64,000 bases of DNA from a virus, in the IMG/VR virus record IMGVR_UViG_3300037805_000894, one strand, 5' to 3'. Each line of letters begins with the position of its first letter. Within the stretch, counting starts at the first letter, position 1. The position numbers were made by a program, and so were the translations under genes. Shown piece by piece: positions 28,558 to 38,320 of the stretch. The notes below the pieces were generated by a model, which was given only the letters and a program-made list of their open reading frames with translations, had not been told where the DNA came from and did not search any database.

Positions 28558-29274
28558 TCAAATACTTTCTACACGGTAATATAATACGCCTGTTAAATAA
28601 ACTTGTGTAGAGGTCTCTGTTATAGTCATGTTGCACGCAGTATTTTCGCTGAGGTCTACCCCGTGGGTGAAAGATATACACGTGGAAGTTGGGACATTCC
28701 CAAGTACAACACCATAACCTTTGTAGTCAGAGTTCGCTGCATTTCCATTAGAGATAACCCACGACCCTGAAGAGCCCGCACCAGTGCCCTGTGCAACTAC
28801 CTGATACCCGTAGATAACAACTTTACTTCCAGCCCCAGGTGCTGCAATGAGAGTGTCGTTTGTTACAGGGTTTGCTCCATTGGTTGCGTAATCCAAAGTT
28901 ACTGTGCTTAAGTTCTTATCACTAGGGAGATTATCAACTGAAATCGAGCCGTCAACAGTCTGTGTGACGGGAAATGTAACATTAGCGTCTACAGAACCAT
29001 CTACAGTTTGTGTAGCAGGAAAGTTATCTACTGAAATCGAGCCGTCAACAGTCTGTGTGACGGGAAATGTAACATTAGCGTCTACAGAACCATCTACAGT
29101 TTGTGTAGCAGGAAAGTTATCTACTGAAATCGAGCCGTCAACAGTCTGTGTGACGGGAAATGTAACATTAGCGTCTACAGAACCATCTACAGTTTGTGTA
29201 GCAGGAAAGTTATCTACTGATACATGAGTATCATCTTGAGGTGGGTTAGGATAAGTAGAGGATGAATAAGTCAT
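28558..29274 (-). CDS. repeat-containing fibre-like protein
   Basis: three 31-aa repeats then a beta-rich domain. Confidence 0.75.
   Translation of the reverse strand: MTYSSSTYPNPPQDDTHVSVDNFPATQTVDGSVDANVTFPVTQTVDGSISVDNFPATQTVDGSVDANVTFPVTQTVDGSISVDNFPATQTVDGSVDANVTFPVTQTVDGSISVDNLPSDKNLSTVTLDYATNGANPVTNDTLIAAPGAGSKVVIYGYQVVAQGTGAGSSGSWVISNGNAANSDYKGYGVVLGNVPTSTCISFTHGVDLSENTACNMTITETSTQVYLTGVLYYRVESI
28937..29220. repeat. 3 x 93-nt perfect intragenic tandem repeat
   Basis: ACTGAAATCGAGCC... starts at 28937, 29030, 29123. Confidence 0.95.
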
Positions 29275-29396
29275 TACTTGATTATACTTAGGATCTATTT
29301 AAACAAAAAATAGCCCAAACATTACTGCTTAGGCTATCCTAGATGCCGGTTCTTATTCGGGTCAGCTTATCTTACGATTAAGTCCATCTAGTTATT

Positions 29397-29473
29397 TGGT
29401 AGGGGTGGGAGGACTTGAACCCCCGACTTTAGCTATATAAGAACCACACTCTAACCACCTGAGTTACACCCCC
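29397..29473 (-). tRNA. tRNA-Ile(TAT)
   Basis: GGGGGTG acceptor, TGGTT-CTTATAT-AGCTA, GTTCAAGTC, ACCA. Confidence 0.85.
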
Positions 29474-29481
29474 AAAGATAG

Positions 29482-29558
29482 TGGTAGGCCCCCTCGGACT
29501 TGAACCGAGACTCAACAAATTATGAGTTTGCTGCTTTAACCAATTAAGCTAAGGGCCT
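29482..29558 (-). tRNA. tRNA-CAT, probably Ile2 (lysidine type)
   Basis: AGGCCCTTAGCTTAATTGGTTAAAGCA, GCAAA-CTCATAA-TTTGT, ACCA; lacks the initiator GGG/CCC anticodon stem. Confidence 0.85.
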
Positions 29559-29564
29559 TCACTA

Positions 29565-29780
29565 TTAATATTCGTATTCTTCAGCCTCTTCCGGTGCTAA
29601 AGGCTCTCCACAATCTTCAACTCTTACGATAGCATAGTGCTGTACACTATCGGAGAGTTCTTGGAGCGCTGTTTCAATCTCACCATAATCTGAACTACGG
29701 GCTGCTTCCTCCCATTCATCACCTATTGTGGAGTAAGATATTAATAAAAGGAAATCACTTTCTTCTGCGTATTGTGCCAT
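29565..29780 (-). CDS. small acidic protein
   Basis: 71-aa acidic ORF downstream of recA. Confidence 0.55.
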   Translation of the reverse strand: MAQYAEESDFLLLISYSTIGDEWEEAARSSDYGEIETALQELSDSVQHYAIVRVEDCGEPLAPEEAEEYEY

Positions 29781-29811
29781 GTGTAAGTTTTACCAAAGAT
29801 ATTTTTTAAAA

Positions 29812-30810
29812 TCAAGCCTTATCTTCAACTTTATCCCATATTTCTTTAAACATTTCAGGGTTATCCTCTAAAAGTTTGCCTACAGCAAGGGCGCCTTGTC
29901 CTAGTTGTATCTGCTCCTTATCTGTTTTATTATAGAAAAGCCATGAACCTTTCTTAGTAAAGATGCCTCTCGCCAAGGCGTTTTCCACAAGGTCACTTTC
30001 TTTAGAGAAGCCTGTACCAAAGAAAAGTTCGTACTCTGCTTTTCTAAAAGGAGGTGCAGTTTTATTTTTAACAACATGCATCTCGGCTCTCATTCCTATA
30101 GGCTCCCCCTCTTTCTCAATAAACTTACGCTTTTTAACGCGCATACGCATTGCTGAGTAAAATTTCATAGCTCTTCCGCCAGGCGTAGTTTCAGGTGAGC
30201 CAAACATAACACCGATTTTTTCACGGATCTGATTAATAAAAATGATTGAGCACTTAGATTCATCTAACTTTTTTACAATCATAGGGCAGAACTGTGACAG
30301 CGCTCTTGCTAACAGACCAATATGCGCATCCCCTACATCCCCCTCTACTACAGCACGAGGAACTAATGCCGGGATACTATCTACAACAATGACACCCATA
30401 TTTTCTACATCTAGCATCTCAAGACATATATCTAGCGCCTCCTCTCCATACTGAGGTTGCACTAATACAAACTTATCGGGGTCTGTACTCAAACCCACCT
30501 GTTTAGCGAAGTCATAGTTAAAACCGATTTCAGCATCAATGTAGCATACAAGCTTGCCCTGTGCTTGTGCTTGAGCAGCAAAATGCATTGCCATAGATGT
30601 TTTCCCTGAAGACTCTGGCCCAAACATTTCTACGATCTTCCCTAGAGGAAGACCCCCACCGGTAGCGTAATCAATAGAAAATAAGCCCGAGGGTATACGC
30701 TCTACTTCATCGCAATTAGTGCTATCGGTAAAATGCTGAGCACCGTGTTTATTTTTTAATGTATCTAGCTTATCATGTAAGCTGCTTTTCTTCTTTTTAC
30801 GTATAGCCAT
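29812..30810 (-). CDS. recA: recombinase A
   Basis: GPESSGKT, YIDAE, VVDSIPALVP, FINQIREKIGVMFGSPETTPGGRAMKFYS, KNKTAPPF. Confidence 0.97.
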   Translation of the reverse strand: MAIRKKKKSSLHDKLDTLKNKHGAQHFTDSTNCDEVERIPSGLFSIDYATGGGLPLGKIVEMFGPESSGKTSMAMHFAAQAQAQGKLVCYIDAEIGFNYDFAKQVGLSTDPDKFVLVQPQYGEEALDICLEMLDVENMGVIVVDSIPALVPRAVVEGDVGDAHIGLLARALSQFCPMIVKKLDESKCSIIFINQIREKIGVMFGSPETTPGGRAMKFYSAMRMRVKKRKFIEKEGEPIGMRAEMHVVKNKTAPPFRKAEYELFFGTGFSKESDLVENALARGIFTKKGSWLFYNKTDKEQIQLGQGALAVGKLLEDNPEMFKEIWDKVEDKA

Positions 30811-30825
30811 AGTAGATAGTTTAGC

Positions 30826-30866
30826 AAAAAAAGAGAGCTATGTATATACACAGCTCTCTTTTTTTT
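30826..30866. terminator. bidirectional terminator
   Basis: A7-GAGAGCT...AGCTCTC-T8. Confidence 0.7.
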
Positions 30867-30867
30867 A

Positions 30868-31650
30868 CTATTTCAACGGCTTAAAGCGTTTACGCCACTT
30901 TCCTGAAGCGGCATTATAAGAAGCTATAAGCTCAATAGCGCTCCTTCGCGTGCGATTCCTTTCCGGCTGAGCTACACCGGGAGGCAATGTCAGCAAACCA
31001 TAATGTATATGGTTACAGCCAACACACTGCGCCTTATCAAAGGACGCCTCGATAGCGCCCTTCAACGTCTCCGAGGAGAAGTTTACTAGGCGCTTCTCCT
31101 CCGTGGCTAAGCAACCTTCTCGGAGCTGCTGCTCCAAGTTGTTGACGTCAGCTTTGAAGAACCGCCACTCCTTAGGGACCTCTCGGCGCCACACTCCCCT
31201 CAACCCGGCCGCCTTGGCTTTTGGATCCCACTTTTCTCCTGTGCACTCTTCTGCCATACCATCACCACCGATAAAATCGGCGTGACTTCTAACGATGTAC
31301 ACTGGCTCGTTTCGGACCCTGTACCACAACGCAGCCCCAAAGGCTTTGGGGTTTCGGGCGCTAGACCCAGCCACCGGCGCCCCCTCCGACGTGCAAAGTA
31401 CTTGCGCCGCGCCTTCTATAACTTTAAAGCCTCCGTGCTCGCGCACGCGGCCTTGAAGCGTGAGGTGAGTGTCACTGAATAACCTCTTCAGTAACTCTTT
31501 ATTAAAAAAGCGAAGCCGCTCTACTTCTATAGAGCATCGCTTTTTGAGGTTATAGAAATGTTCCCCCAGTACGGGGTCAATCGCTGTTATGGCCTCGAAA
31601 GGCTTGTGAAGTATTACTTCACAAACCGGTAGTTTGTTTTGTTTACCCAT
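30868..31650 (-). CDS. hypothetical protein, GC-rich
   Basis: 260-aa ORF with GGAG SD; C-terminal CVGCNHIHY. Confidence 0.7.
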   Translation of the reverse strand: MGKQNKLPVCEVILHKPFEAITAIDPVLGEHFYNLKKRCSIEVERLRFFNKELLKRLFSDTHLTLQGRVREHGGFKVIEGAAQVLCTSEGAPVAGSSARNPKAFGAALWYRVRNEPVYIVRSHADFIGGDGMAEECTGEKWDPKAKAAGLRGVWRREVPKEWRFFKADVNNLEQQLREGCLATEEKRLVNFSSETLKGAIEASFDKAQCVGCNHIHYGLLTLPPGVAQPERNRTRRSAIELIASYNAASGKWRKRFKPLK

Positions 31651-31695
31651 TTGTTTTTCTCCGTTTTTGTTAAACTAGGATGTTTAGATATAATT

Positions 31696-31722
31696 TTATA
31701 CCATTTAATAGGTACATTTTTT
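31696..31722 (-). promoter_or_regulatory. class B promoter AAAAAATGTA-N10-GGTATAA
   Basis: third copy of the motif. Confidence 0.55.
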
Positions 31723-31754
31723 ATTTCACAAACCTTTGGTACAATAAATACGTT

Positions 31755-32585
31755 ATGACTGATAGATTACAATTAATAGCAGACGATGTAGCGGCTGATT
31801 TTTTGGCTGGGTTAGATACTTTACATAATCTAACTAAGAAAGTTTCAGAAGATAGTTCCTTACAAAGCTATGAGATAGAACGTGTTGCACAGTTGGTTAA
31901 TAAAGAAGTACAAATTAGAATGTACTCAGAAAATGGACCAAAAGGGGCCTTTGAGTTTGACATGGTAGACCCATCTCAAATATCGATAGAAGCTAATTCT
32001 GAATTTGAGGATGCCTCTACAGTAAAGAGAGCCTCTTCCACATGGACGTACGAGAGAAAGTTTGCCGATAAGGAGGAGACCTTTAGCGGAAATAATCAAT
32101 TTAGCGGCGATTTTTTAATAGAGTCAAAAGAGCGTCTAGAGTTAGACTTAAGCGAATTAGAGGATTCGATCAATAAGACATCTCAAGATATAGAAGACGG
32201 TTATAATAAAGTTTATAGCATCATAAAAGAGGCTTTACTATCCGAAGATGTGTCTGCTCCTGAGATAGTCGCGTACATTAAGCAAGAAGAACCTGCTCTA
32301 GCAAAAACAGCAGCATACATTACATGTGCTTGCTGTAACTCAATAGCGGGTAGAGACATAGCTGATCAAGCAGCTTTGCCAGACAGTATGCTTATGTATT
32401 CTGAGCCTATTCCAGTAGACAAGTTTCAAGGAGGCCGTTCCATGGTTAAAGAATTAAATACCCTGGTGAGGCAGCATGATCGCATGGAAGTGCAGAATGA
32501 AGGTTATATGAAAATCAGAGAATCTATTCGATATGTTGTTGAAGGTATTAACTCTCACCTCAGGGGGGAGATAGAGGTTGATTAA
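31755..32585 (+). CDS. head-operon hypothetical protein
   Basis: likely start 31755 after TGGTACAAT; KxA motifs. Confidence 0.7.
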   Translation: MTDRLQLIADDVAADFLAGLDTLHNLTKKVSEDSSLQSYEIERVAQLVNKEVQIRMYSENGPKGAFEFDMVDPSQISIEANSEFEDASTVKRASSTWTYERKFADKEETFSGNNQFSGDFLIESKERLELDLSELEDSINKTSQDIEDGYNKVYSIIKEALLSEDVSAPEIVAYIKQEEPALAKTAAYITCACCNSIAGRDIADQAALPDSMLMYSEPIPVDKFQGGRSMVKELNTLVRQHDRMEVQNEGYMKIRESIRYVVEGINSHLRGEIEVD

Positions 32586-33006
32586 TTTAAAGACTGAGCT
32601 ATTAAAAACAGCTCATCGAAATATAGAAGAGGCTTTAGAAAAAGAAGCTTTCTTTCTAGGCGCTGCCGCAAAAACAGTAGGTAAAGGCATCGGGAAAGTT
32701 TTTGGCCGATCCGCTGGTGTATCAGCCAGAAGAGTTGTACATAACGCAGGACGAGTTATAAGTAAAGCGGGCACTGCAGCGTCCGGTAAAATGTTTGGCC
32801 GCGCAGCTCCTGCGGTTAATTGGGCCGCACGAACTACTTACAAAACAGGCGTTAAAGTGGCTAAAACTCTTCCAGGGACTATAAAAAGCGTAGGAAAGGG
32901 AAGCGTCAAAGTAGGTAAAGTCGCGCTATCTAAACCAGGCTGGATTGCGGGTGGAGCCATCAGCGGCGCCGTTTCGTCCAAAGCATGGAAAACACCTAAT
33001 TTTTAA
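32578..33006 (+). CDS. basic Gly/Ala-rich internal head protein
   Basis: acidic leader ending EKEA, then basic Gly/Ala-rich sequence. Confidence 0.6.
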   Translation: MINLKTELLKTAHRNIEEALEKEAFFLGAAAKTVGKGIGKVFGRSAGVSARRVVHNAGRVISKAGTAASGKMFGRAAPAVNWAARTTYKTGVKVAKTLPGTIKSVGKGSVKVGKVALSKPGWIAGGAISGAVSSKAWKTPNF

Positions 33007-33007
33007 A

Positions 33008-33601
33008 ATGAAAAATTTAGAACACACTATTTTAATAAGTACCTCAGAAGGTATTAGTAAAGAAGCTACAAAAGCGTCACAGCTTAGTTCTCTTTTTGAT
33101 AAGCTATATAAACCGGCTATTGTAATAGGAGCGGCTTTAGGCGTGGGTGGAGGTATAGGCACCTCTATAACCAGAGCGATAGCGCAGCACTCTGTCCTTA
33201 AGAAGCTTAAACAGTCTTATCCAGAAAATCAGCATAAATTGCTAGCGGAAGTCTATGGAACTTTGCTGCATACAGCACCTCATATGGCAAGTAATTATTT
33301 AATAGCTAAAACAATTATAGATCAAAAAATGGATCACATAGAGCAAATGCATGGTAGCCACCCTAAAGGTATTCAGCTACCATTAACATCGGTAGAACAG
33401 GCCATCTCTATGGAGAAAGGAACACCAATGGCGCCAGCTAGAAGCACAGGTAACCCATTAATAAATCTAGGCGATGCTTTAGTAGATAAGGCAAAACTGT
33501 TATCTGAGCAACATATGAAAGAAGATGCTCATAATCAAAAGTACGCCTCTGATCCGATAGAAGACAATTCATTTGAAACCTTTCTTGAAGGACTCTTATA
33601 A
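33008..33601 (+). CDS. head-operon hypothetical protein
   Basis: likely start 33008; SKEA and KYAS motifs; Gly-rich hydrophobic segment. Confidence 0.6.
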   Translation: MKNLEHTILISTSEGISKEATKASQLSSLFDKLYKPAIVIGAALGVGGGIGTSITRAIAQHSVLKKLKQSYPENQHKLLAEVYGTLLHTAPHMASNYLIAKTIIDQKMDHIEQMHGSHPKGIQLPLTSVEQAISMEKGTPMAPARSTGNPLINLGDALVDKAKLLSEQHMKEDAHNQKYASDPIEDNSFETFLEGLL

Positions 33602-35319
33602 TGTCAGTAAAAAAAGATTTACCTAGCCAAGAAACAACCAAGGCATCTTCTAATCCGCAGGTTGACCTTTTTTTACGTAATCTAATTCCAGACAAACGCG
33701 CTGTATACTTACATATACCAGCAGTTGTAGCAGGGGAGTTGTATGGACCAAATAATTGGGGTGATTATTTTCCAGAAGAGTCTTTAAAGAAGACATATAA
33801 AAGTTTTTATAATGCAAAAGTATATCGAAGGCATAAGAATAAAGACCCACGCAAATCTTTAGGTGACGTTGTGCTTGCTTCATATAATCCTAAGATGCGG
33901 CGCGTTGAGTTGGTTATTAAAGTATATAGAGATTTAGCTCCCGATATAGCGGAAAAAGCTGATGCTGGGCAACCAGTGGGGTTCTCTATGGGGTGTCGCG
34001 TGCCGTACGAAGAATGTAGTGTATGTAGCCAGAAAGTCTTCAAAACCGCTGATAGATGCGAACATATGAAGCATCACATGAATCAAGAGGTAGAGGGTAA
34101 GTTATGCTATGCCATTAATAGATATCCTGATTTCTTTGACATTTCTGAAACACCTAATCCAGCAGATAAAACAGTTTGGTCTATCAAAAAGGTGGCCTCA
34201 GAAGAGATTGTAGACGACCATATACATGAGCTTTCAGAAGAAGAGTTAGTGGAAGGCTTCCTAGCTTGCTCTGATTTATATTTCACTCCGAGAGAAAAGC
34301 TATTTAAGCAAGCAAGCCTAACAGATCTAAAGAAGTTTGCTGCGGGAGGCCTGAACGAAGCCATGGCTAGTAGTTTTATAAATGGCTTCTGTTTTACACC
34401 AAAAGAGTTTCAATATATTGCCCTATCACAAGAAAATGAAAAATTAGCTGAGACTCTATATAAAGAAGGTTCTTCTTTTGAGGGACTTAATAGGTTCCTC
34501 CAAACACCTACTATAGAGTTCTATGATATAGCGGATGAGCTCATTTCTGTATTAGAAAAAACAGCTACAACTGAGAATACCCAAGACGCTGTTAGTGACG
34601 TATTACTAAACCGTAACCCTCTTAGATCTAGTGAAGGAGCCTTAAAAACTGTCGCTAGACAAATTAGCAAGGAAATGGCTAATATAGCCGAGTTAGGTGA
34701 GACTAGGTTAACAAGTTTAGATGTTAAGGTTCCTAAAGATATAGAAAAGTTTCCAGCTGTTTTAGCTCTTTTATTACGCGCAGGTTTACTTTATGGGGGA
34801 TACAGAGCAGCAGCCGCTAAGATCCCATCTGGTGTTATAAAAAACCTTCTTAATATACAACCAGCTAAAGTATTAGGGGCTATTGGTGGTTATGAATTAG
34901 CCAAGCATACTATGAGAGGTGAGAAAGTTGCTTCTTATTATAATATAGAAAAGCATGCAAAGTGGTTAAAGCATGGCTTGGTAGGCTTAGGAGCTTCTTA
35001 TGGCTTATCCGCAGAGGCATATCGTCGCCAGCATCAAGGGAAAAAAATCCCTGGCGCGTTACGTTTTGTGGCGGAAAATCCCTTAATCAGTACAATAGGT
35101 TTAGGTTTAGTGTCGAGTAGAGTAGGAAAATTGTTGTCAAAGACAAAAGGTATACAGAAAAAAGCCTCTGAAAATGCTTTAACAATTGACAATACTAATA
35201 GTTGTGTACAATATAACAACTTATGTGATGTATTCTCGAACGCTACCGTTGTAGTCGATCAGGAATTAATCTCTTTAGCTGACGAGCAATTAAGCTCTGT
35301 CAACAAACTTTTTAGGTAA
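33601..35319 (+). CDS. prohead (capsid maturation) protease with C-terminal extension
   Basis: NNWGDYF, RRHKNKDP...GDV, FSMGCRV, FFDIS...PAD; upstream of the capsid gene. Confidence 0.7.
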   Translation: MSVKKDLPSQETTKASSNPQVDLFLRNLIPDKRAVYLHIPAVVAGELYGPNNWGDYFPEESLKKTYKSFYNAKVYRRHKNKDPRKSLGDVVLASYNPKMRRVELVIKVYRDLAPDIAEKADAGQPVGFSMGCRVPYEECSVCSQKVFKTADRCEHMKHHMNQEVEGKLCYAINRYPDFFDISETPNPADKTVWSIKKVASEEIVDDHIHELSEEELVEGFLACSDLYFTPREKLFKQASLTDLKKFAAGGLNEAMASSFINGFCFTPKEFQYIALSQENEKLAETLYKEGSSFEGLNRFLQTPTIEFYDIADELISVLEKTATTENTQDAVSDVLLNRNPLRSSEGALKTVARQISKEMANIAELGETRLTSLDVKVPKDIEKFPAVLALLLRAGLLYGGYRAAAAKIPSGVIKNLLNIQPAKVLGAIGGYELAKHTMRGEKVASYYNIEKHAKWLKHGLVGLGASYGLSAEAYRRQHQGKKIPGALRFVAENPLISTIGLGLVSSRVGKLLSKTKGIQKKASENALTIDNTNSCVQYNNLCDVFSNATVVVDQELISLADEQLSSVNKLFR

Positions 35320-35345
35320 AACTTTTAACAAAGGAAAAAAATAAA

Positions 35346-35936
35346 ATGGGTAATTTTGACATGAATGCTTTTCTTGATCAGCTAAACGCTGTCAAGGAGT
35401 CTATGAAAGAAGCAACCACCCCTGAAGAGTCAGCCCTTATTACGCAAGCTGCCGCAACAGCCGAAGCCCCTGGGGGCCCAGCTGTTGCTGCTAATGAACT
35501 AGAAGCTACCATGGCAGGTCAATCTGCCGGACAAGCTGCCGTTCAAGAGCACGCTGCCGCTATTGCTGATGAGAACGCTGACATAAATACTCAAATGGGT
35601 GATACACAATTGGATGCTAGGGTACAGTTAGAGCGTAAGCTCGAGAGACTAGCGGGACAACAGCTTCAAGCGCAAGCTGAGGCCGAAACCGCTATCGATA
35701 CTGCTGCCGCCGCTCCTACCAACGCTGTTAATATGGCGAAGGGAGCAGAGTACGGAGAAGAGGACCACCTCGTTTCTTTACTTGCAGGAATACACGAAAC
35801 CCTATCTAAGGAAGCGTCCGAAGAAGATCGTGATGAAGTTATGAAAGTCGCTAGTGAGGCCATTCAATATGGCCGCATTATGGCTCTAGGCTTTGTTGAT
35901 GGCCTGCGCGACCAGATGACCGAAGACGAGGTATAG
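35346..35936 (+). CDS. scaffold-like acidic protein
   Basis: Ala/Glu-rich; KEAS, KVAS. Confidence 0.6.
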   Translation: MGNFDMNAFLDQLNAVKESMKEATTPEESALITQAAATAEAPGGPAVAANELEATMAGQSAGQAAVQEHAAAIADENADINTQMGDTQLDARVQLERKLERLAGQQLQAQAEAETAIDTAAAAPTNAVNMAKGAEYGEEDHLVSLLAGIHETLSKEASEEDRDEVMKVASEAIQYGRIMALGFVDGLRDQMTEDEV

Positions 35937-35940
35937 TGAG

Positions 35941-36300
35941 ATGGATAGCCAAAATTCTGCTTCGCTTTTAAGTGACTTGACTGATGATGAAGTCCAAACA
36001 CTAGATACTTATATTGATAAGTGTGCTGAGGAAGGCGTTGAGCCTACTTTAGTAGGTTTGGTCATGGAGTCTGAAAAGTTCGCTGAAGAAGTGAATGGAG
36101 CCTACTCGTTAGGTCAGCAATTGGCGCGTACATCTTTTACATTAGCTGAACAAGTTTCAGAACACTCAGATATCCCACATACGCTAATAAAAAGTGCCTC
36201 CGGTCGTTATGAAGATGCCGACCTAGCACTTAATTTAGCTGAAATGGCGCAGGCAGCTTATCAAACAGCTCTTGCACTGAGTGAGCAAACAAATGAGTAA
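35941..36300 (+). CDS. scaffold-like hypothetical protein
   Basis: acidic; KxA motifs. Confidence 0.6.
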   Translation: MDSQNSASLLSDLTDDEVQTLDTYIDKCAEEGVEPTLVGLVMESEKFAEEVNGAYSLGQQLARTSFTLAEQVSEHSDIPHTLIKSASGRYEDADLALNLAEMAQAAYQTALALSEQTNE

Positions 36301-36682
36301 TTACGTAGAACTAGATCAAGCTTTTTCGCTTCTTAAGGAAGCGGAAGATGTAATTCGTACGCTCACTCAAGAGCGCAATGGTCTTCGTAATGAAAAAGGA
36401 CAACTAATGAATAAATTAGCTGAAAGTATCAACATATTAAAGTTTGCTGAGATCGTCGATGAGATGATTGAAAGCGGCATTGTTGATATAACGTCTAAGC
36501 AGGATAAATTGGAAGAACTTGTATCATCGGGACATTCTCCAGATGTTTACAAAGAAGCAATGAGTCTTGCGCCAACTTTAAATACTTTAGGTCATTTGGA
36601 CAGTGCCTCTGAAGATAACTCTAGTCAAGGCAACCCTCTCGAAAGGGCTATCTTTAACTATGTCCAAAATAAAACACATTAA
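36293..36682 (+). CDS. scaffold-like coiled-coil protein
   Basis: coiled coil; likely start 36293. Confidence 0.6.
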   Translation: MSNYVELDQAFSLLKEAEDVIRTLTQERNGLRNEKGQLMNKLAESINILKFAEIVDEMIESGIVDITSKQDKLEELVSSGHSPDVYKEAMSLAPTLNTLGHLDSASEDNSSQGNPLERAIFNYVQNKTH

Positions 36683-36708
36683 ATTTCTAACAATTAGGAA
36701 AAAATAAC

Positions 36709-37215
36709 ATGGCAAAAATTTCTGGCAATTTTGGTTCCCAGCAGACTGGCAATGGTGTTGTTGAGCTTCTTTCTCCGTTGGGACTGGTGTGGCGTAGAGC
36801 TATCGAATGGGGCGGCACGACTGCTCTCGGTAGTGATGGTGTTAGTATTACCTTTGACAATTCTAATCTTCCTATGGAAGGTCATGTTGTTAAAGTAGAT
36901 ACTGATGGCAAAGCCGCAGCAGTTGCAGCAGGCGAGACGGATGCAAACCTCTCCCTTGGCGTAGTCTGGACTGGCTATGATCAGCACGATTCTGGTGCTA
37001 TCGACACTATCACAATGATTGATGGTGGATACTTTTTATTCGATGTTGACGCATCTTTAGTTGAGGCCGCAGTAGCGGGTCAAGCTCTCTATTGGTCCGC
37101 ATCTGTCAATCAGTTCACTGACGATGCCACCGGCGCATACGCTGTTGGTGTTTGTGAACAAACAGGCATGTCGCGAGGCGGCAAAACCTTTACCCGCATT
37201 AAGTGGACCCGTTAA
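36709..37215 (+). CDS. head decoration/cement protein
   Basis: directly upstream of the MCP; AGQALYW...AVGVC beta pattern. Confidence 0.6.
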   Translation: MAKISGNFGSQQTGNGVVELLSPLGLVWRRAIEWGGTTALGSDGVSITFDNSNLPMEGHVVKVDTDGKAAAVAAGETDANLSLGVVWTGYDQHDSGAIDTITMIDGGYFLFDVDASLVEAAVAGQALYWSASVNQFTDDATGAYAVGVCEQTGMSRGGKTFTRIKWTR

Positions 37216-37233
37216 TTTAGGAGAATATAAAAA

Positions 37234-38241
37234 ATGGAAAAAATTAGTCAAGAAGTACTTAATTCTGCATTCTCTGAAATGCTCGATTCTGATGAAGGCG
37301 CAGAGGCTCTCCGCAGCGCAGGCGCATCTTACATTCGTATGAAACTCCGTGAGGAGTCTTTTACGCGTAAGATTCTACCTGCAGAGCGTTGCACCAAGCA
37401 CGATCTTCAAAGAAACGTTAAAAACGATAGTTTGGTAAAAATTGTAGATATCGAGCCTAACTCGACTGCAGTTTCTATCGACTTCCGTGGTGAAACTCCA
37501 ATGACCTTCGTCGAAGGCGGTCGTTACGAGATTCCTTTCTTTCTTATCTCTACTCCTGAGTATAGTAAGACAGAAGAGGAGCTTCTCGCATACGAGATGC
37601 CCGTCGTCGAAATCGTTGAGCGTAACTCGGTCAAGGATATTCAAACTGTTGAGGACGAAACATTCCTCAAGTATGTAAACGCTGCTCTTTTGGAGAGCGA
37701 TCAGTGGTTGGGTGTGGTCGATGCCGCAAATGCTGACTCTACACTTCCGCTACAATCTGCTCGTTATTTGACACGCGCAATGCGTACATTGGAAGAAGGC
37801 AACCAGCTTGTTTCTGATTGTTTGTTGATGTCGAAGTCTACTTACCTAGATCTCTTGGGTCTCCCAGCAGAACAAGTAGGTACAGATCTTCGCTCTGAAA
37901 CTTTCAAAGATGGCTTTATTTATGGTAACGTTTTAGGCAAAAAGCTTATTGTTACTATTAAAGAAGACTTAGTTCCTTACGGTGCTATTTTGGTTTTCGC
38001 TGCTCCTGAGTTCCTTGGTAATTTCTATGTCCTTGGTAATACCAAGTTCTGGATTGACAAGCGTGCAAACGTTGTCTCTTGGAAAACATGGGAAAATATC
38101 GGTATTGGTATTGGTAACATTAAAGGCATGGGTGGCATCTTCTGGGATGGCGCATATGCAAAAGGAGGTTTCTCCTTAGCCGATAATGCAGCTGCTGTAA
38201 TTGCTGCAGCAAATGAGGTACTAGAAGGAGATATTGCCTAG
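37234..38241 (+). CDS. major capsid protein
   Basis: 335 aa, YIRMKLREESFTRKILP, SD GGAG, optimised codons, strong terminator after. Confidence 0.8.
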   Translation: MEKISQEVLNSAFSEMLDSDEGAEALRSAGASYIRMKLREESFTRKILPAERCTKHDLQRNVKNDSLVKIVDIEPNSTAVSIDFRGETPMTFVEGGRYEIPFFLISTPEYSKTEEELLAYEMPVVEIVERNSVKDIQTVEDETFLKYVNAALLESDQWLGVVDAANADSTLPLQSARYLTRAMRTLEEGNQLVSDCLLMSKSTYLDLLGLPAEQVGTDLRSETFKDGFIYGNVLGKKLIVTIKEDLVPYGAILVFAAPEFLGNFYVLGNTKFWIDKRANVVSWKTWENIGIGIGNIKGMGGIFWDGAYAKGGFSLADNAAAVIAAANEVLEGDIA

Positions 38242-38261
38242 GTTAGGCAGTACCCTTTGAC

Positions 38262-38303
38262 GAATGTAGGGGAAATTGTTAAAATTTCCCCTACATTCAT
38301 TTT
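38262..38303 (+). terminator. intrinsic terminator after the MCP
   Basis: 16-bp stem GAATGTAGGGGAAATT/AATTTCCCCTACATTC plus T tract. Confidence 0.8.
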
Positions 38304-38320
38304 ATATAGGATGCTACATC

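Noticed and set aside
28937-29220. 93-nt repeats as CRISPR or as the RT array
   Set aside because: No spacers; in frame within a coding sequence.
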